From Basidiobolus meristosporus CBS 931.73 (taxonomy: Eukaryota; Fungi; Basidiobolomycota): a stretch of 64,000 nt of DNA. Within the stretch, counting starts at the first letter, position 1, and every line of letters begins with the position of its first letter. The notes beneath the pieces are model-generated. The model worked only from the letters and a program-made list of their open reading frames with translations. It was not told the origin of the DNA and ran no database searches. This document shows positions 25,109 to 38,250 of the stretch, piece by piece. The position numbers and the translations under genes were made by a program. Where the stretch lies: positions 131,979 through 195,978 of the forward strand of contig MCFE01000051.1 of assembly GCA_002104905.1 (NCBI GenBank), written 5' to 3'.

Positions 25109-27030
25109 CTATATACATAATTCGTCGATTTGCGTTGGCGGAAGCGGTCGCACCCGTCTCGTGTTAAGTCGTGTATTGGACGAGGTCGAAGCACTGTGGT
25201 GTGAGGGACGTTTCGTTGCTGGTCTGGGAATCTTGGGCCAGCCATGATCTTTGGCGGAGGTGGGTTCAGACGACACGACCCAGTAACGTGGAACACCCTT
25301 GGCTGCGTTCGGGCGTCGAGGTCTGATAGAGACGTTTTGGGTTGATCCGTGGCCTGCTCTAGCCGATCTGATTTTCGATTTCTTTACACAATTTGGTACA
25401 TATTCACCATCCTCGCTGTCTTTGTATGAGACCTTTCGTTTGGTTCGAACGAGAATCCCTCCAACATCTGAACACAATCGATTCTCGCCCCCGGAGAGAG
25501 TGCTCCATTTGCCTTGGCTTGGGCTACCGCCTGATTGTATGGAGAAGGTTATCTTGTAAGCCACGGATGTGGGATCGGATAGATTGCTGCAATGTGGCTC
25601 GTGAGGATATCTGAAATATCTGTTCTCACCAGTAACGTAACCTCTCTCCAATTCTCGCACCACCTCTGCCAACTCCTGAATGGTTGGACACAAAGTAGAG
25701 TTGGAATCCTGATAGATCGCATTGTAGTGAGTAATTGAGTACTTTACAATCTCAACCCCCAGTTGATTCAAACGGAACCTCTGGCAAGTGCGTACCAACG
25801 CAAGAAGATTCTGATGCGTCACGTAGGAGGTGATCACCACTTCTAGCTCTATCCGACTCCCTCCAGCGAAAACCTTTCGTGTTTGATTCACCCAGTGTCT
25901 GGTACGAAGACCGTGAACGAACGAATAATTTAACAACAACAAGCACAGCGACAGACAACATGGAGAGAAACTGGGGATCCGCGCTTCCACCAACCCATCG
26001 GCCAGTTGAGCAAGCAAGCGGCTGCATCGCTCGGCGGACGTGGTGCTGGCAGTATCTTGCTTGTTGCTAAGCATCATGAGTTTGGCAATTAGAGCATGGG
26101 TCCATTGGGCGACACGCATCCGAACCAAGGGATCCCGGGCAATTGATCTTCGAGTCTTGACAAGTGTGAGCAGTGCATTCCATGCGTTTACAAGCAATGG
26201 AACTGCCAGGTGTGAGGATACCAGCTTTGTGATATAGTCCGTATACCCAGAACGCAAATACTGCTCCACGGACATGCTCTCTTCAAGTTTCGCTGTCAAC
26301 CGACGGACGCACTTGTAGCGCGCAAAAGTAGTGAATAAATAATGAAATTCCTGCTTTAAACTTGGTGGGCGTAGCTTCACGGTATACTCGAGCAAATCGA
26401 CCACCTGAAAAACAACCATATCATTATAAGCTGGGGCACGTCTCTTTTTGATACCATGAGCTTCACACTCACCTGAAGGGTGAGCCCGTGCTCAGCATAA
26501 ACCTCCAGGAGCGCACGATAGAAATGATAGGAGCCCACGTATTGCTTACACTCTTCCACAAGATGCGCACTAAGCACTTGTCGTCTGAAATGACTAGGAA
26601 TCAATTCATAGTATTCTTCCCTTCGCCTGGAACACCTCAGCCTCCCTAGCTGTCTGCCGAGGGTGTGTGCGGCAAAGGTGCCCAAGCTTGGGAGCTCCGT
26701 GCTCGAGGTCACCCCTTTCCCTCTCGAGCCCGACCACAGTTTGGCCAACAAGTGTCTGAAGGCCTCTACTAAGGACGCCTCGTGTTTTATGACGATACTT
26801 TCGAAAAGCCCGATTGAGTCAGCCTCCGAGGCGCCATAGCCAACGCCTCCTCCCTCCCCTCTACTAAACACCAGCTTATTGTATTTATCACAGGTTTGAC
26901 TTGAGACGTATGCAGCAAACGCACCCGGAGAACCCTTAGCATCGTTCGCAATGGCGTTGAGCCTGGAACGAAAAGAGCGCAACATTTTCTGCATTCTTTC
27001 AGGTTGCAGTGTGTACTGGTGGTCTTGCAT
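25109..27030 (-). CDS. Hypothetical protein, two long exons, basic low-complexity tail
   Basis: Overlapping 217-aa and 436-aa ORFs joined by a probable intron near 26.4-26.45 kb; ATG at 27030. Confidence 0.65.
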
Positions 27031-27348
27031 GGTTTAATATCTGGGAAACCCCGAAAAGGACCAAGAAATCAAGGAACACAGTCACCCGATGGAACCACCA
27101 AATACCCGGTGCATCCAGAATTTTTCCATCCACACCACACCGTATCATCAAAACAAACCACCCGAATCACCCATCGTTTTTGGTATGCGTGATCAATATT
27201 AGCGTGATCAAGATTATTATTATTATTATGTTCATGAAAAGGATGGAAATACTTGGGCACCAATTTGATACAACGTAGAATGGAAATGAACAGAAACGAA
27301 GGCCGAGTAATGTATACGATATATAGAGGAAATCAGAAACTGCCCCAT

Positions 27349-29368
27349 TTAGTGTCGGTGGAAACAATTGTTGCAGCTGTCTTTCCTGAACACGTTGGGT
27401 ATGTATTCTTCACAGCCACATTGGTTGCATGATCCCATGTCGTTCTCCTCGTCAAATGGACTTCCAGTGAGGCGAGACTGGGGCTTAGCGATAGCTGGCC
27501 TAGAGGGAGGTGAGGCCTGTTTAGGAGCAGAGCTCGCTACCCGATTTCCAGATGCCATACGTGATGCAGGTGTCGATGAGGTAGGATTAGGCTGGCTTCC
27601 GCGACGAGGGGGGGGTGGTACCCTTCTGCGGGTGGGGACATCAGAGGGCTCTGACTCTGGGCCGTTGACCATACCAGCACCATTCTCACGGCCAGCTGGA
27701 GCGACGTTACTGGTGGTTCTTCTAGGAAGAGGAGGGTGCTGTTGGTTGGACTCCACGAATATTTCCTCGACGTAGTTCGATGGGAATATACCAACTCTCT
27801 TGCCGCTGTTGTCGACAATCTCGCCAACCCACCATCCGTCATCAATTTCATCGAGAACGGTCACTATATCTCCTTTGCGAATGGACAGTTCGTCGTTGGA
27901 CTCCCCGTCAAACCCGTACAATACCCGAACTTGCTTCCGACTGCTGGCAACGGGTAACGTGACTGATCGTCTAAGCGGAGGCATGGGTTCAGGTACCGAT
28001 GAGCGACCGACAGGTCGGACACCGGTGTTTGATCTTTGCAATGAGCCAGAGTTCGGGGAGTAATCGTTGTACCCGCTGTTGCTTTTTGGCATGTCAAAGT
28101 AGGAATTACCACTCGAGTTTCCAGGTGTAGTGGGTGTTCTACTATAGCCACCATAACTGCCTTCACTGGGCTCGTACTCGTCGTAGCTGCTGGAATATGA
28201 TGAATGGAAAGATCTCATACGACGGAGTGACCCGTTTGCTTCTCCACGGTTGGCAAAACTGGGCTTTCTGCGAGGGGCTCTATTGGCGTAGTACTCGCTA
28301 GCGGCCCTCTCATTGAAGGCATCTTTAATCGAGGACAGAACCTCCACTCCACGTTGGAAGAAGGCGAGTTGAGCATCGTAAAAAGCGTGCAAATCCTTCA
28401 GGCTATGTTCCTATCCGAGAGACAACTGTCAACACCACACACCGCTCGAAATTGACCAGCCTACGATCAAAAACAAACCTCGGTATCGCTAATGTTAGCC
28501 ATCCTTTGATATGCATCCTCCATGGTCTCGTTGAACTTCATCTCCGCTGCTCTCATTTGCTCTTCTAGCTCCGGCTTTTCTTTCTTGGACTTCTGAACAG
28601 AGTTCAACTTTGCATTGTAATCCAATCTGCGCGATTCGAGCTTCTTACGAGATTGCTAAAGATTTCCATAAGAAAGCGTTAGCGCGAGGATGGGGTGGCA
28701 CAAGAAGAGCCCGTATGGTACCTGAAGCTCCTTCATTTCGTCCAATGTACGCTCCAAACCTCCGAAGTAGCTTTGACGGAACTGCATGGCCAAATCCATC
28801 TGCGCGAAACCTATTTGCTCTTGAGCTTCACCGACCTTGATCATGGCCTGACCTGTTGACACGAGAGCATGTCACGCTGGTTAGAGGGTATGAACATGAA
28901 AGCAAGAAATACAGAATCTGGGCTATCTCACCATATGGGGAGTCTCTTGGGAGCAGTTGACCGTGGGAAACCATGGCATGGGCCAAAGAAACCACCGGGG
29001 AGACTTTGTTCTTGTCGTCGGCACCTTTTTTTCTTTTTTCTACACAGAAGGATGGGTGGAGACGGTTAGCAACGAGAGGGAATGCTAGCTGACGACGGGT
29101 GATAACGTACCAAGTGTTTTGAGATACATCTCGGAAGAGAGGTAGAGCTTTTCCAGATTATCCTTCTTGGCATCAGTCTCTAGTTCGAGTCTCTGAAACT
29201 CGTCACTACACTCGGTCTTGTTGGCTTTACCAAGCTTCTCGCCGGTCCACTTTGTAAGGCGAGAAAGAAGATGTGTTAATATTCATGGAGGGTGTACAAT
29301 CCATGCTGAGTGAAGGGGAAACTAACCTGTTTAAATTTACCTAGGTTTTTACCGATTGTAGCGGCCAT
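27349..29368 (-). CDS. N-BAR + SH3 protein (endophilin/amphiphysin-like) with C-terminal Cys/His motif, multi-exon
   Basis: Start MAATIGKNLGKFKQ|WTGEKLG (ATG at 29368); BAR helices over several exons; SH3 VRVLYGFDGESNDELSIRKGD..GWWVG..GIFPSNYVE; tail CNQCGCEEYIPNVFRKDSCNNCFHRH. Confidence 0.87.
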
Positions 29369-29599
29369 TGCAAGTAGAGATCGAAATACAGTGGTGGTCG
29401 AAAGGAGTGTTGTTCAGAACCCGAAGTATAAAATAGGATGTGGGTGGGCTCTATGGCTACACAAGCGCGTTACTTGTCGTAAAAATCCAGAATTAACTAG
29501 GCATCCGCGAACCATAAATGCATTATATACCACCAAGGAAACAGTTAGCACCTACGCCATGCCCTCACTAGCATTTCATAATTTGACCAAATGAAATGC

Positions 29600-30403
29600 C
29601 ATCCAGAATTCAAGATCAATTGGAACAATTATTATGATCTCGTGAGAGCCAGACTATTCTTGAGAGCTTTAAATGTCCATATTCTCGGATCCATGGAAGT
29701 CCCAGTTTGTTCGACTGGTATATATTTGTAGTTGATTCCTAAATAAAACAAACACCGACAGTCCGTAAATAGCCAATGAACATCAATAAGCTGGAGAGGT
29801 GGACGCATTTGAGTCCAATCAAGCTGTGTGGAAGCGTGATTTGTCTAACAGGAAGCCATAGAAAGTGGCTTACACTTCAGTGGACTAATAGAGTTAAAAA
29901 ATTACGATCTATTGTAGCCGTTGAATGGTTGTTTATGGACCATGGCCTTCGATAAGATTGCATTGTACTACACAATGCCAGGTAATTTTCTGCCAATTCC
30001 AGCTTTGTACGGCCTTGGATCCGGATTCAATACTCCATTTGCTCTTTACTGGGTAATTCCAGAGGATGACCGCTGCATAGTGGTTGCCGGTTCCCATTTC
30101 AGAAACCTTAGTTAGTGAGGTATCATACAGGTTCGAGATCCAACATATGGCGAATCGACGGTGCCCATACTGAGCATCAGCGCCAAATCACGTGGTGCGA
30201 ACCAAATGGTCGAGATTGTGTTCATACAGTCATCACTTCCGTATAGTGGAGTGAGCTTGATGCTATATTTGCAGGCCATCAATGAACACACACGACTAAT
30301 GATTCTTCGGAACAAACCGCCAACGAATTTATTTCCAAAAAACAGAAAGGCAATAACCGCCACCACCACTGTAACCACCGGCTCTTCTGCTGATGAAGTA
30401 TAG
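29600..30403 (+). CDS. Possible small multi-exon hypothetical gene; boundaries uncertain
   Basis: Exon-like open segments (EFKINWNNYYDLVRARLFLRAL near 29610; VRDPTYGESTVPILSIS...SADEV* at 30131-30403) separated by GT..AG segments; start not established. Confidence 0.35.
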
Positions 30404-30567
30404 CGCGACTAGAGGGAAGAAAAAGGCAGATTATACGTTGAAGAGATAGAACAATGAAACCGAGATAAATGCTGTCTAACTAAAAATGTCCATTTGTAAA
30501 GAAGAAAATAATAATTGTCCGTAGATAATGTCCGTTATAAACAAGAGATACTTGAAAACCAGTAAAA

Positions 30568-31905
30568 TCATTTTTTCAAATAACCAGAAATGCGAAGCGC
30601 CTCTGCGAGGTCTTCTATTAAATCATCCGCGTCCTCGATCCCAACACACAGGCGAATGAGATCCTCCGGGAGGGCTCTCTCCTTCCTAATATGAGCGGGA
30701 ATGCTGGCGTGTGACATACGACAAGGCATACTAAGCAAACAAAGTGTAAGAACTCGATCCCTATTGCCGACCAAATCTACAACCCCAACACAAACCTGAT
30801 TAAAGAGTTGATGCAACCAAAGCTTACGCTGATAGCCCAAAGATTGACAGCCTCAACAATTCTTTCACTCATCTCGACATCACCAGTAGTAAAGCTAAGA
30901 ACAGCACCAGCTCCACGTGCCATGGTATGGTGAAGCTCATATTGAGGGTGGGAGCGCAATCCAGGGTATAGGACCTTCACCCCATGGCTTTCGAGAAATT
31001 CAGCAATGCGCATGGCATTGGCTTGCTGCCTGTCCATACGCAGTCCCAATGTCTTGACCCCACGCAACAAAAGCCAGCAGTCAAATGGAGCAAGCCCGCA
31101 TCCGGATGCGTTGATGACAAAGAAAATTCTCTTGGCGACCTCCTCATCCTTCACCCCGATGATACCAGCCATCAAGTCATGGTGGCCACTGAGATACTTG
31201 GTGCCGGAGTGGTACGAAATGTCTGCGCCCAGTTCGAGAGGCTTTTGCAGGTAGGGAGACATCATGGTATTATCCACTACCACCAATGCCTTCGGACAAT
31301 AGCGGTGAACCATCTGAGAAATTGTGGGAATGTCGGCGATTTTGATCAATGGATTCGTCGGTGTTTCCAGAAGAACTAGACGAGTTTTTTCAGCGTTGAG
31401 CACGGGCTCAATACAAGCGGGATTGGTGGTGTCCACATGATGGACAGTTATGTTGGAATGCTCTTTGAGATAAGTTAGCAATCTGTTGCTGCCACCATAC
31501 AGGTCATCGCCAGCAATAATCTCGTCACCAGAGTCCACCAGACGAGTGATAACATCAAGAGCGGTCATACCAGTGCTGACAGCAAATGCCTTCTTGGCCC
31601 CCATGATCTTTGCCATGTGACTTTCTAGATAACAAACACTACTTAGCAGGGGGAGCATTCCAATGGGAAAATGCCAAACACAAACCTAACTGTGTACGAG
31701 TAGGGTTGCCCGAACGAGTGTAGTCGTATTCGCCCATATCGTGAAGTGAGGGCTGTTTGAAGGTGGCGGTTTGATAAATTGGGACGGACGCAGCATGGTA
31801 TGGATCACGAACACCGGTACCATCTGAATTGTCGATGAATACCAGCTCAGTGGCTGGCTTATACTTCCTTGGAACTACAGGATTGTTGGAGGAAGCGACG
31901 GTCAT
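30568..31905 (-). CDS. STR3: Cystathionine beta-lyase (PLP-dependent Cys/Met metabolism), 3 exons
   Basis: VPIYQTATFKQ, YDYTRSGNPTR, LETPTNP, PLP-lysine motif HSGTKYLSGHHD, SVSFGC..SL, IRLCVGIED. Confidence 0.92.
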
Positions 31906-33007
31906 GGTTGTGTCTCGTTACGATGGAGCGATGAGTGCAGAGGGAGTCCACCATGGCGTCTTATACTTCAACTCGACCATAATCTTGCGAATTTTTCTTA
32001 TTCTGGATTGGTCGGCTATATCCTTGGTGATTTTCGGCAATCTCATTTAAAGTGGGGGAATCAAGTATACGAATATATTTGATACTGTAGACCATATGCA
32101 AGGAGATAGAGGTGATCATAATGACTCAACTCCCAGCGGGAGATGAAGATGGATCATGATGTTTCATACGACCTTTTCTAGCGTTCCGATCCTTGTCGAG
32201 TGTAAACCCTCCGTACCAGCCGCCTGATGACGAGTACTCATTAAGCCTCTTCTATATATGGGGCCTGTGACCACAAGTGTGACTCACTTCACTACCAAGC
32301 AGGTTGAATTCATCACTGCTGATATCAAGGCATGCATAACAGACATTCACTGCGATAATAATGAGTCGTGATTTATGTGTTGAAATCTGATTCTACCCCA
32401 CCACTGGGTGTGATGGGGTCGAATAAAAGATTTTATTATTCAAACAAATTTCATTTGATTACTCAATGAAATATGCCTAGAAGATTGAGTGGATACTGGA
32501 AATTCAGGATCAAATAGCCAGTCCTTTGATTACGTTCTGTTGCTGATGCCAAAGGGATCGTAACAAGAACACGAATGTTGGTTAGCACTTCAGGGAGCAC
32601 AGTGCAAGTTGCTAGAGTACCTAGCAGCTAAAGAGAGCGGGGAAATCACCAAGAGGCGAAATCCCTACTGGATGAGGGGAAAATCATCTAACTCATTGTG
32701 AAGATACCCAAATATCACAGAAATGTCCGGGTCAATGAGATCGAAAGATAAAAGGGGGAAAAAATATGACAAAGAAAAGAAACCCAAGAAAAAGTCAACT
32801 CGGGTTTCGGAGTCTAGAAAACTCAAGAATTAAAAAGAAATAAAAATCAAACCTATACTACTTCTTCTGTATAGAGAGCATGTAATATAAACATTGACGA
32901 AGTATCAGTTGTGCGTGGTTGGCATGCGAGATGCTGACCCACGAACAACCAACAAAGAAGAGATTCATAAGGAAAGTATATATATACAAATTCCCGCGGG
33001 AATCCCT

Positions 33008-33898
33008 CTAAGCCGGAACGAATATCGAGGTTTGAGGCAAGCCTAAGGAATCCGGAGGGAAGCCCTGATAGTAGGGAAGATTGAAGGTGGGGTAGCCTTG
33101 AGCATGCACGGGATGAGCCTCCGGATAATAACAAGGAGCAGCATTATTATATACTTGAGGGGCTGGCGAAAAACCATTACCGCCACCGTTCAAGAGACTT
33201 AGCAATTTTTGAGATCTAAGACGGAGTTCGTTCTCAGACACAAACGGTTGAGGAGCAACATTAATAGGTTGATGATAGCGTGAAGTGAGACCCGGCTCGT
33301 GGTAGGTATGAGTTGAAGGTGACTTATGTACAGGACATTTAGGGCTGGATGAACGTCCATTGAACACCGGAACTGGAAGGGCGTCAGGAGTAGGGGCATT
33401 GCTGAAAGTGGGGCCAGCATAAAGTCCTTTCTTCTTGGACTCCCGATTGGGATTACGACGAGGGGAAGACTCTTCGTCCAAGATTAAATCTGGAGTGGTT
33501 TCACGACTGATGTTTCTAGGACTGGCACCAGATTTATGCTTTCTATAAATGTCATCGGCAAGAAAAGAATTACGTGGAGGAGTAGAAACTTCAAAACTAT
33601 CGGAATCGGATGAATAGGGGCTGACACCCTCCTCCTTGACGTGATGGCGACGAGAGGATTGCTTTTTACCGTTGTGTTTGGGTAAAGGCGATTGAGGAGC
33701 GGGCAAATGTTTCCTCTGAGGACTGGTATAGTCGTTGGTTTTGGGGTACGTGTTTTTAGTAGGTGTCTGAGGGGCACTTTTAGAACGGTGGGTGTTCTCG
33801 CGTTTTGTTGTGGAGGCGTGGGCGGCCTCGTTGCGGCGCGAGTGGTTTTTCGTAGGGGTTCTTGGGGAAGAATGCTTTTGGAATCTTGAAGTCTCCAT
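33008..33898 (-). CDS. Disordered protein with Edc1/PNRC-type decapping-activator motif
   Basis: 296 aa, low complexity; YAGPTFSNAPTPDALPVPVF matches the YAGxxF + LPxP motif pair, followed by an LLSLL helix. Confidence 0.75.
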   Translation of the reverse strand: METSRFQKHSSPRTPTKNHSRRNEAAHASTTKRENTHRSKSAPQTPTKNTYPKTNDYTSPQRKHLPAPQSPLPKHNGKKQSSRRHHVKEEGVSPYSSDSDSFEVSTPPRNSFLADDIYRKHKSGASPRNISRETTPDLILDEESSPRRNPNRESKKKGLYAGPTFSNAPTPDALPVPVFNGRSSSPKCPVHKSPSTHTYHEPGLTSRYHQPINVAPQPFVSENELRLRSQKLLSLLNGGGNGFSPAPQVYNNAAPCYYPEAHPVHAQGYPTFNLPYYQGFPPDSLGLPQTSIFVPA

Positions 33899-36520
33899 TA
33901 TGCGGCCAATAGAAGTTTTAATGGTTCGGTAAGCGGTGGATGAACTTGTGCGGGTTCAAAGGCATAAAACGTCAACTAGGTGTGTACGAGGAAATGTAAA
34001 GCCAAAAAAAGAGCAAAGGCGTTGTTTCGTTGAGCAGTACAGTGTGGTAGCCAGGTTAGAAAAGGGCTTGTGAACGAAACGTACGCGGAAGTAGATTAAA
34101 AATTAAATTTAAACTACTAGAGAATCGTGAAAACAGGGACAAGGGAGTTTTTTTGGGTTTTTTTTAACTTTAAATGTAAACGAGAGAACGTTATAGACGG
34201 TCTAGGAATTAGACTGAAGAGTCAGAGGGTGGGAACGGAAAAAAAGATAATGAATCAATATCACAGAGGATATGCAAAGGAGGATTAGGAACGCTTATAT
34301 CCAAAATAATCCGCTGCATGCCATCTTCATGATTGGATGATGTGAAAGATTGATCTAGTCGATTCCAATGTAAAACCAAGGTGAGGAATTCGTACTCTTT
34401 TCCTATTTTTACTTTCACTTTAGATATATTGGCGAGTGATATATTTCCAGTATAATTAATTTTCGGCAAATACCCCATTTTCAGTGCTGAAGATAGACTT
34501 TTTAATTGAATTCTCTGCAGAATTACTACATATTGTATATATTACAATGGAATGAAGCAAGATTGTATTAAATCAGATGATATCCTATATCGGATCGGAT
34601 CATGTTCCCCTCTACTTTTACTAATAGAAATCGATTCAGCCGAGACCACCACCAATCCACGGCCATTATTCCCATTTGGCTGATGATGATCGAATGAACT
34701 CCATTTTATGGAAAGAAATATAGACTGCGTGTTCCGGTTGTGTACACATGATTGGAGTATGCCTGGTGACTCGATCCAAATGTCATCCATGAAAGTTCTT
34801 CAGTGGCAAAACCCCATTTCTACGCAATCTACACCCGAACATGATAAGCCAATGATTTTACTGCTCCAATCCTCTTCATACATACAATACATTGATCCTT
34901 CCTTGAGTGTCAGACATCGAAACACTTTATTTGTCGTTTCAGCACCTGGAGAATATTGGACTTCTGCTTGACGAATGTGTAACTGATGACTTCATTACCG
35001 CATTGAAGCATATGGCGACTAGAGTTTAGCCAAATGCAGAGTCGACACTGGATTGGAAAAGGTGGGATTCGGTGCTTCTGGCGACGACTCTATTCTAAAT
35101 CCACCTATTCTCGCACCAAACGATGTTACAAATCACGCGTTCCAGAGTTCGTGCCATGTCATCAACCATAGTACATGGAACTCCACCCATACTCGAGGGA
35201 ACGTGATGTGGTGTGCAGCCAATGCATATGCCCACTGGGTTAAGTCTCCCGCAGATTTTTTTCCCTGCCCCTCCTCTCCCCCGTTGATTGAGGTAGATCA
35301 TGGTCAGGCATGAGGGGATTAGACTCCTGGCTAGTGGCATACTTTGCACCACAATCATTTGGTGGAATGTACCACTATCATGTACATTAATGGAATTTTG
35401 GTTTTTGATGCTGAATCATCTACATTGAGCCTGATGCCCCTTAAACAACAGTGGCTTCGAACGTTAGGTTTCCCATTGTATAACCTCATCGAACTGATGT
35501 TGTTTAATAAACAAATATATATTCATTTGTATATGCACTCAAGGTGGTGTTTGAACCGGAAACCCAATCTGGGCAAATTGCCTTTTTGGTGCGAAACGCA
35601 AACTGGTCCTATTGTGGATTTGGAGCGCGTGAATTTGGAAGCGGGTCCATACAAGACGAAGGTGACTCGAAAAAAAATTCTTCCCAAAAGATCTTTCATG
35701 TGATTTGATACACATCGCATCATGTCTGTATCAGTCCGGTCTTCCATATTCGGCATTGTGGGTGGGTTTATTACCATCGAGGGTGCCACCACGATATCCA
35801 CTTTGGTGCGGACTATTCATATCTTCGAGTACGAATCTGTCCCGCCTTACCCGGCTGTCATCAGGGTTCAATCCCGCCTTTCCCGGCGGCCGTCTTCAGG
35901 GTTCGTTGTGTGTGGTGGCTCATAGTTGGTTTAGCCAGAAGCATACCGATTTCCATAATGGTCAGGCCCACACAAGTGGGGTATTGGGTCATAGGGTGCT
36001 TCTTATTTATAATGGTATGCTGTCAGGGTTTACTTTATTGGCAATAGGCCTTCCACCAGTGGTTCTCTGTGCTGATGCTGGTCATTTGAAGGCACAGAGT
36101 TAGTTGATGTAGCTGTGGTCTTGGCCAGGGAGATTGTCTGGTGCCGGAGACCAATGGTGATGGGCCGACTCTTTCCGATATTACTCGGTTTCCAGAATAT
36201 CCAACCTGGGTAGGGATTGGGTGCGGAGCTGAATCGATATTTGCTCGCCAGGCTGGTATATTGTGTATATTTCACAGACGCTTGGCTCGGTCATTAAACA
36301 TCGTATCAAATCATGATTGACTGGCCAGATGAGCAATGGGGTGTACAACAACAATATACAATTCAATGAAATTAGCAGTCATGTTGGAGTAAGAAGGGGA
36401 TCAAAAATTTCGACGCTATGGTGTATGGTGTGGGGGGGGGTGAATGGTGTTTTGAACAGCGCAGTGGACATGTAGTTGGCGTACACTTGGGATAAAGGAT
36501 GGCTAGCAAAGCGTTGGGGT

Positions 36521-37936
36521 TCAGGTCATTTCTTTGACGATTGTTTCTTGATCTTCCAAGGTGGCTGGGTCGGCGGAGGGGATCTCTTGGTTGTTATGGA
36601 TGCGCATGTGCTGGTGGAGATTATCGGAGCGCGAGAAGCCTTTGGCACATCCTTCAACTGGACATATGTATGGGCGTTCGCCTGTGTGGGTGCGGACATG
36701 GCGTTTGAGATGTTCATAGCGTTTAAACTTGCGCCCGCACATGTCAAATGAACACACATAGTTTCGTTTGTCTTTATTTGGAGGTAGATTTTTGGTTTGA
36801 TTTGGGGTGATATATGGCTTGCGCATACCCCACGTACAGCTGTTTAGCGCCATGTTTCTTCGCCTCTGCTTATACGCAGGTGATCCCTCAAACAGATTCA
36901 TCACGTTGAGCATCTGTCCCATCTGTCCCTGGGCCGCGGTGCCATACACCTTCATCTCCTCCGGGAGTGACCAATCGCCGGGTGCAGTGTTGGCTCCATC
37001 CTCAAAAGGGTTGGATTCCAGCAAGAAATGTGACGAATCCAGCATGGTTTTGTTAATTGTATCCGGGTTGGAGGACTTCAGAATCTCCATATTAGGTAGG
37101 TAGACCGGTTCCGGTGTGGGAAAGAAGTCACTGCGTTGAGCCTGGGTTGATGGTGTGCCAGGGCTCCGCTGGTCTGCCACGAAGGTTAGCAGCGAGTCCT
37201 GGGTGAGAGGCCCCAGGTCTTGAGGGTTGTTGAGATGCTCGAGAAAGGAGAATGATTTCGCTTCGGTGCAAATGTTGTCTGTGATCCACTTGTCTATAAG
37301 GACATCCCCATCCTCAAAGTAGATCCGCGGGTCCCTTTGGCTCGAGGCTGAGGAAGGTGTTTGTGCCTCATTCAATTCGTCAGAGGACTCGCTGAGCGGA
37401 GCGTTCATGTTGGCCGCCACTGTTACGGGCGAGGGTATGGTCCTTGGCACGCCAGGGTCTCGGGGATTCAGAAGGGAAGTTGTTGTCTCTATGCCCAGCG
37501 CCTCTCGTTTGAGGTCTCTTTCCAAGGCGTCCATGAAGAGACGGTCGTGTGGAACAGAGTACCAGAAGAACACCTTTTGTTTCTTCTGAGTCCTGATTGA
37601 GTTGTTCTTGTATAGCATCTCCAAAAACTCCGAGCGTGGTTCTTCCAGCGTTGCATCGATGCCTGGTTTTAGATTGCGCAGGTCACTGAACACACCCTCC
37701 TCGAATTTTTTCATGTTCTTCACAGGTCTATTGAACATCTGGAAGCGGAACACCAAGCAGCGGACGATGTCGGTTCCTGTGATGTGGAAGAGGTTGTTCC
37801 AGAGCACACAAGAGATGTATTCACCATTGGGTAGCAAAAATCTTCGAATCGACTGATCGGGGTTCCAGTTGGTGGGTGCGGTGGCTAAGAAATATTTGAG
37901 TTGTTCTACTTGTTCTAAGGCAGACTGATTTTCCAT
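36521..37936 (-). CDS. STE12: STE12/SteA transcription factor (STE domain + two C2H2 zinc fingers), intronless
   Basis: LKYFLATAPTNW..ISCVLWNNLFHITGTDIVR..KFEEGVFSDLRNLKPG..KKQKVFFWYSVPHDRLF; fingers CSFDMCGRKFKRYEHLKRH and CPVEGCAKGFSRSDNLHQH. Confidence 0.95.
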   Translation of the reverse strand: MENQSALEQVEQLKYFLATAPTNWNPDQSIRRFLLPNGEYISCVLWNNLFHITGTDIVRCLVFRFQMFNRPVKNMKKFEEGVFSDLRNLKPGIDATLEEPRSEFLEMLYKNNSIRTQKKQKVFFWYSVPHDRLFMDALERDLKREALGIETTTSLLNPRDPGVPRTIPSPVTVAANMNAPLSESSDELNEAQTPSSASSQRDPRIYFEDGDVLIDKWITDNICTEAKSFSFLEHLNNPQDLGPLTQDSLLTFVADQRSPGTPSTQAQRSDFFPTPEPVYLPNMEILKSSNPDTINKTMLDSSHFLLESNPFEDGANTAPGDWSLPEEMKVYGTAAQGQMGQMLNVMNLFEGSPAYKQRRRNMALNSCTWGMRKPYITPNQTKNLPPNKDKRNYVCSFDMCGRKFKRYEHLKRHVRTHTGERPYICPVEGCAKGFSRSDNLHQHMRIHNNQEIPSADPATLEDQETIVKEMT

Positions 37937-38155
37937 GGTTGGGTTGATCTAGCAAATTGGAAACAAGACAACGATGTAATAAGGCAAGTCTATTAATTTC
38001 AATCCGAGGGTTCCTCTATTTACTATACAACAGGTAGGACGAAAAGGCATGAAGTGAGTCTACGAAAGCCGAAACATAGGCTATTTATGAGAACATGGGT
38101 GATGTCCCGTATGTGAGCGACCCCGTGGTTAAACACTGAGATTTACATACATGCT

Positions 38156-38250
38156 TTTTGCCTGCTTTTAGCACCCTTTTCTCAGATATCCACCTTTTGC
38201 CTGCTTTTAGCATCCCATTCTGAGATGTGTTTTTAGTATCCTATTCTGAG
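38156..38250. repeat. Short imperfect direct repeats upstream of STE12
   Basis: TTTTGCCTGCTTTTAGCA at 38156-38173 and 38195-38212; overlapping TTTTAGyATCCyATTCTGAG pair. Confidence 0.8.

Noticed and set aside
24800-25167. Two short plus-strand ORFs
   Set aside because: No motifs; they overlap the 3' end of the minus-strand hypothetical gene.
34200-36400. Long semi-open frames, including a DTLDWK-like snippet near 35045
   Set aside because: No consistent motif series; could be a decayed gene but cannot be supported without tblastx.
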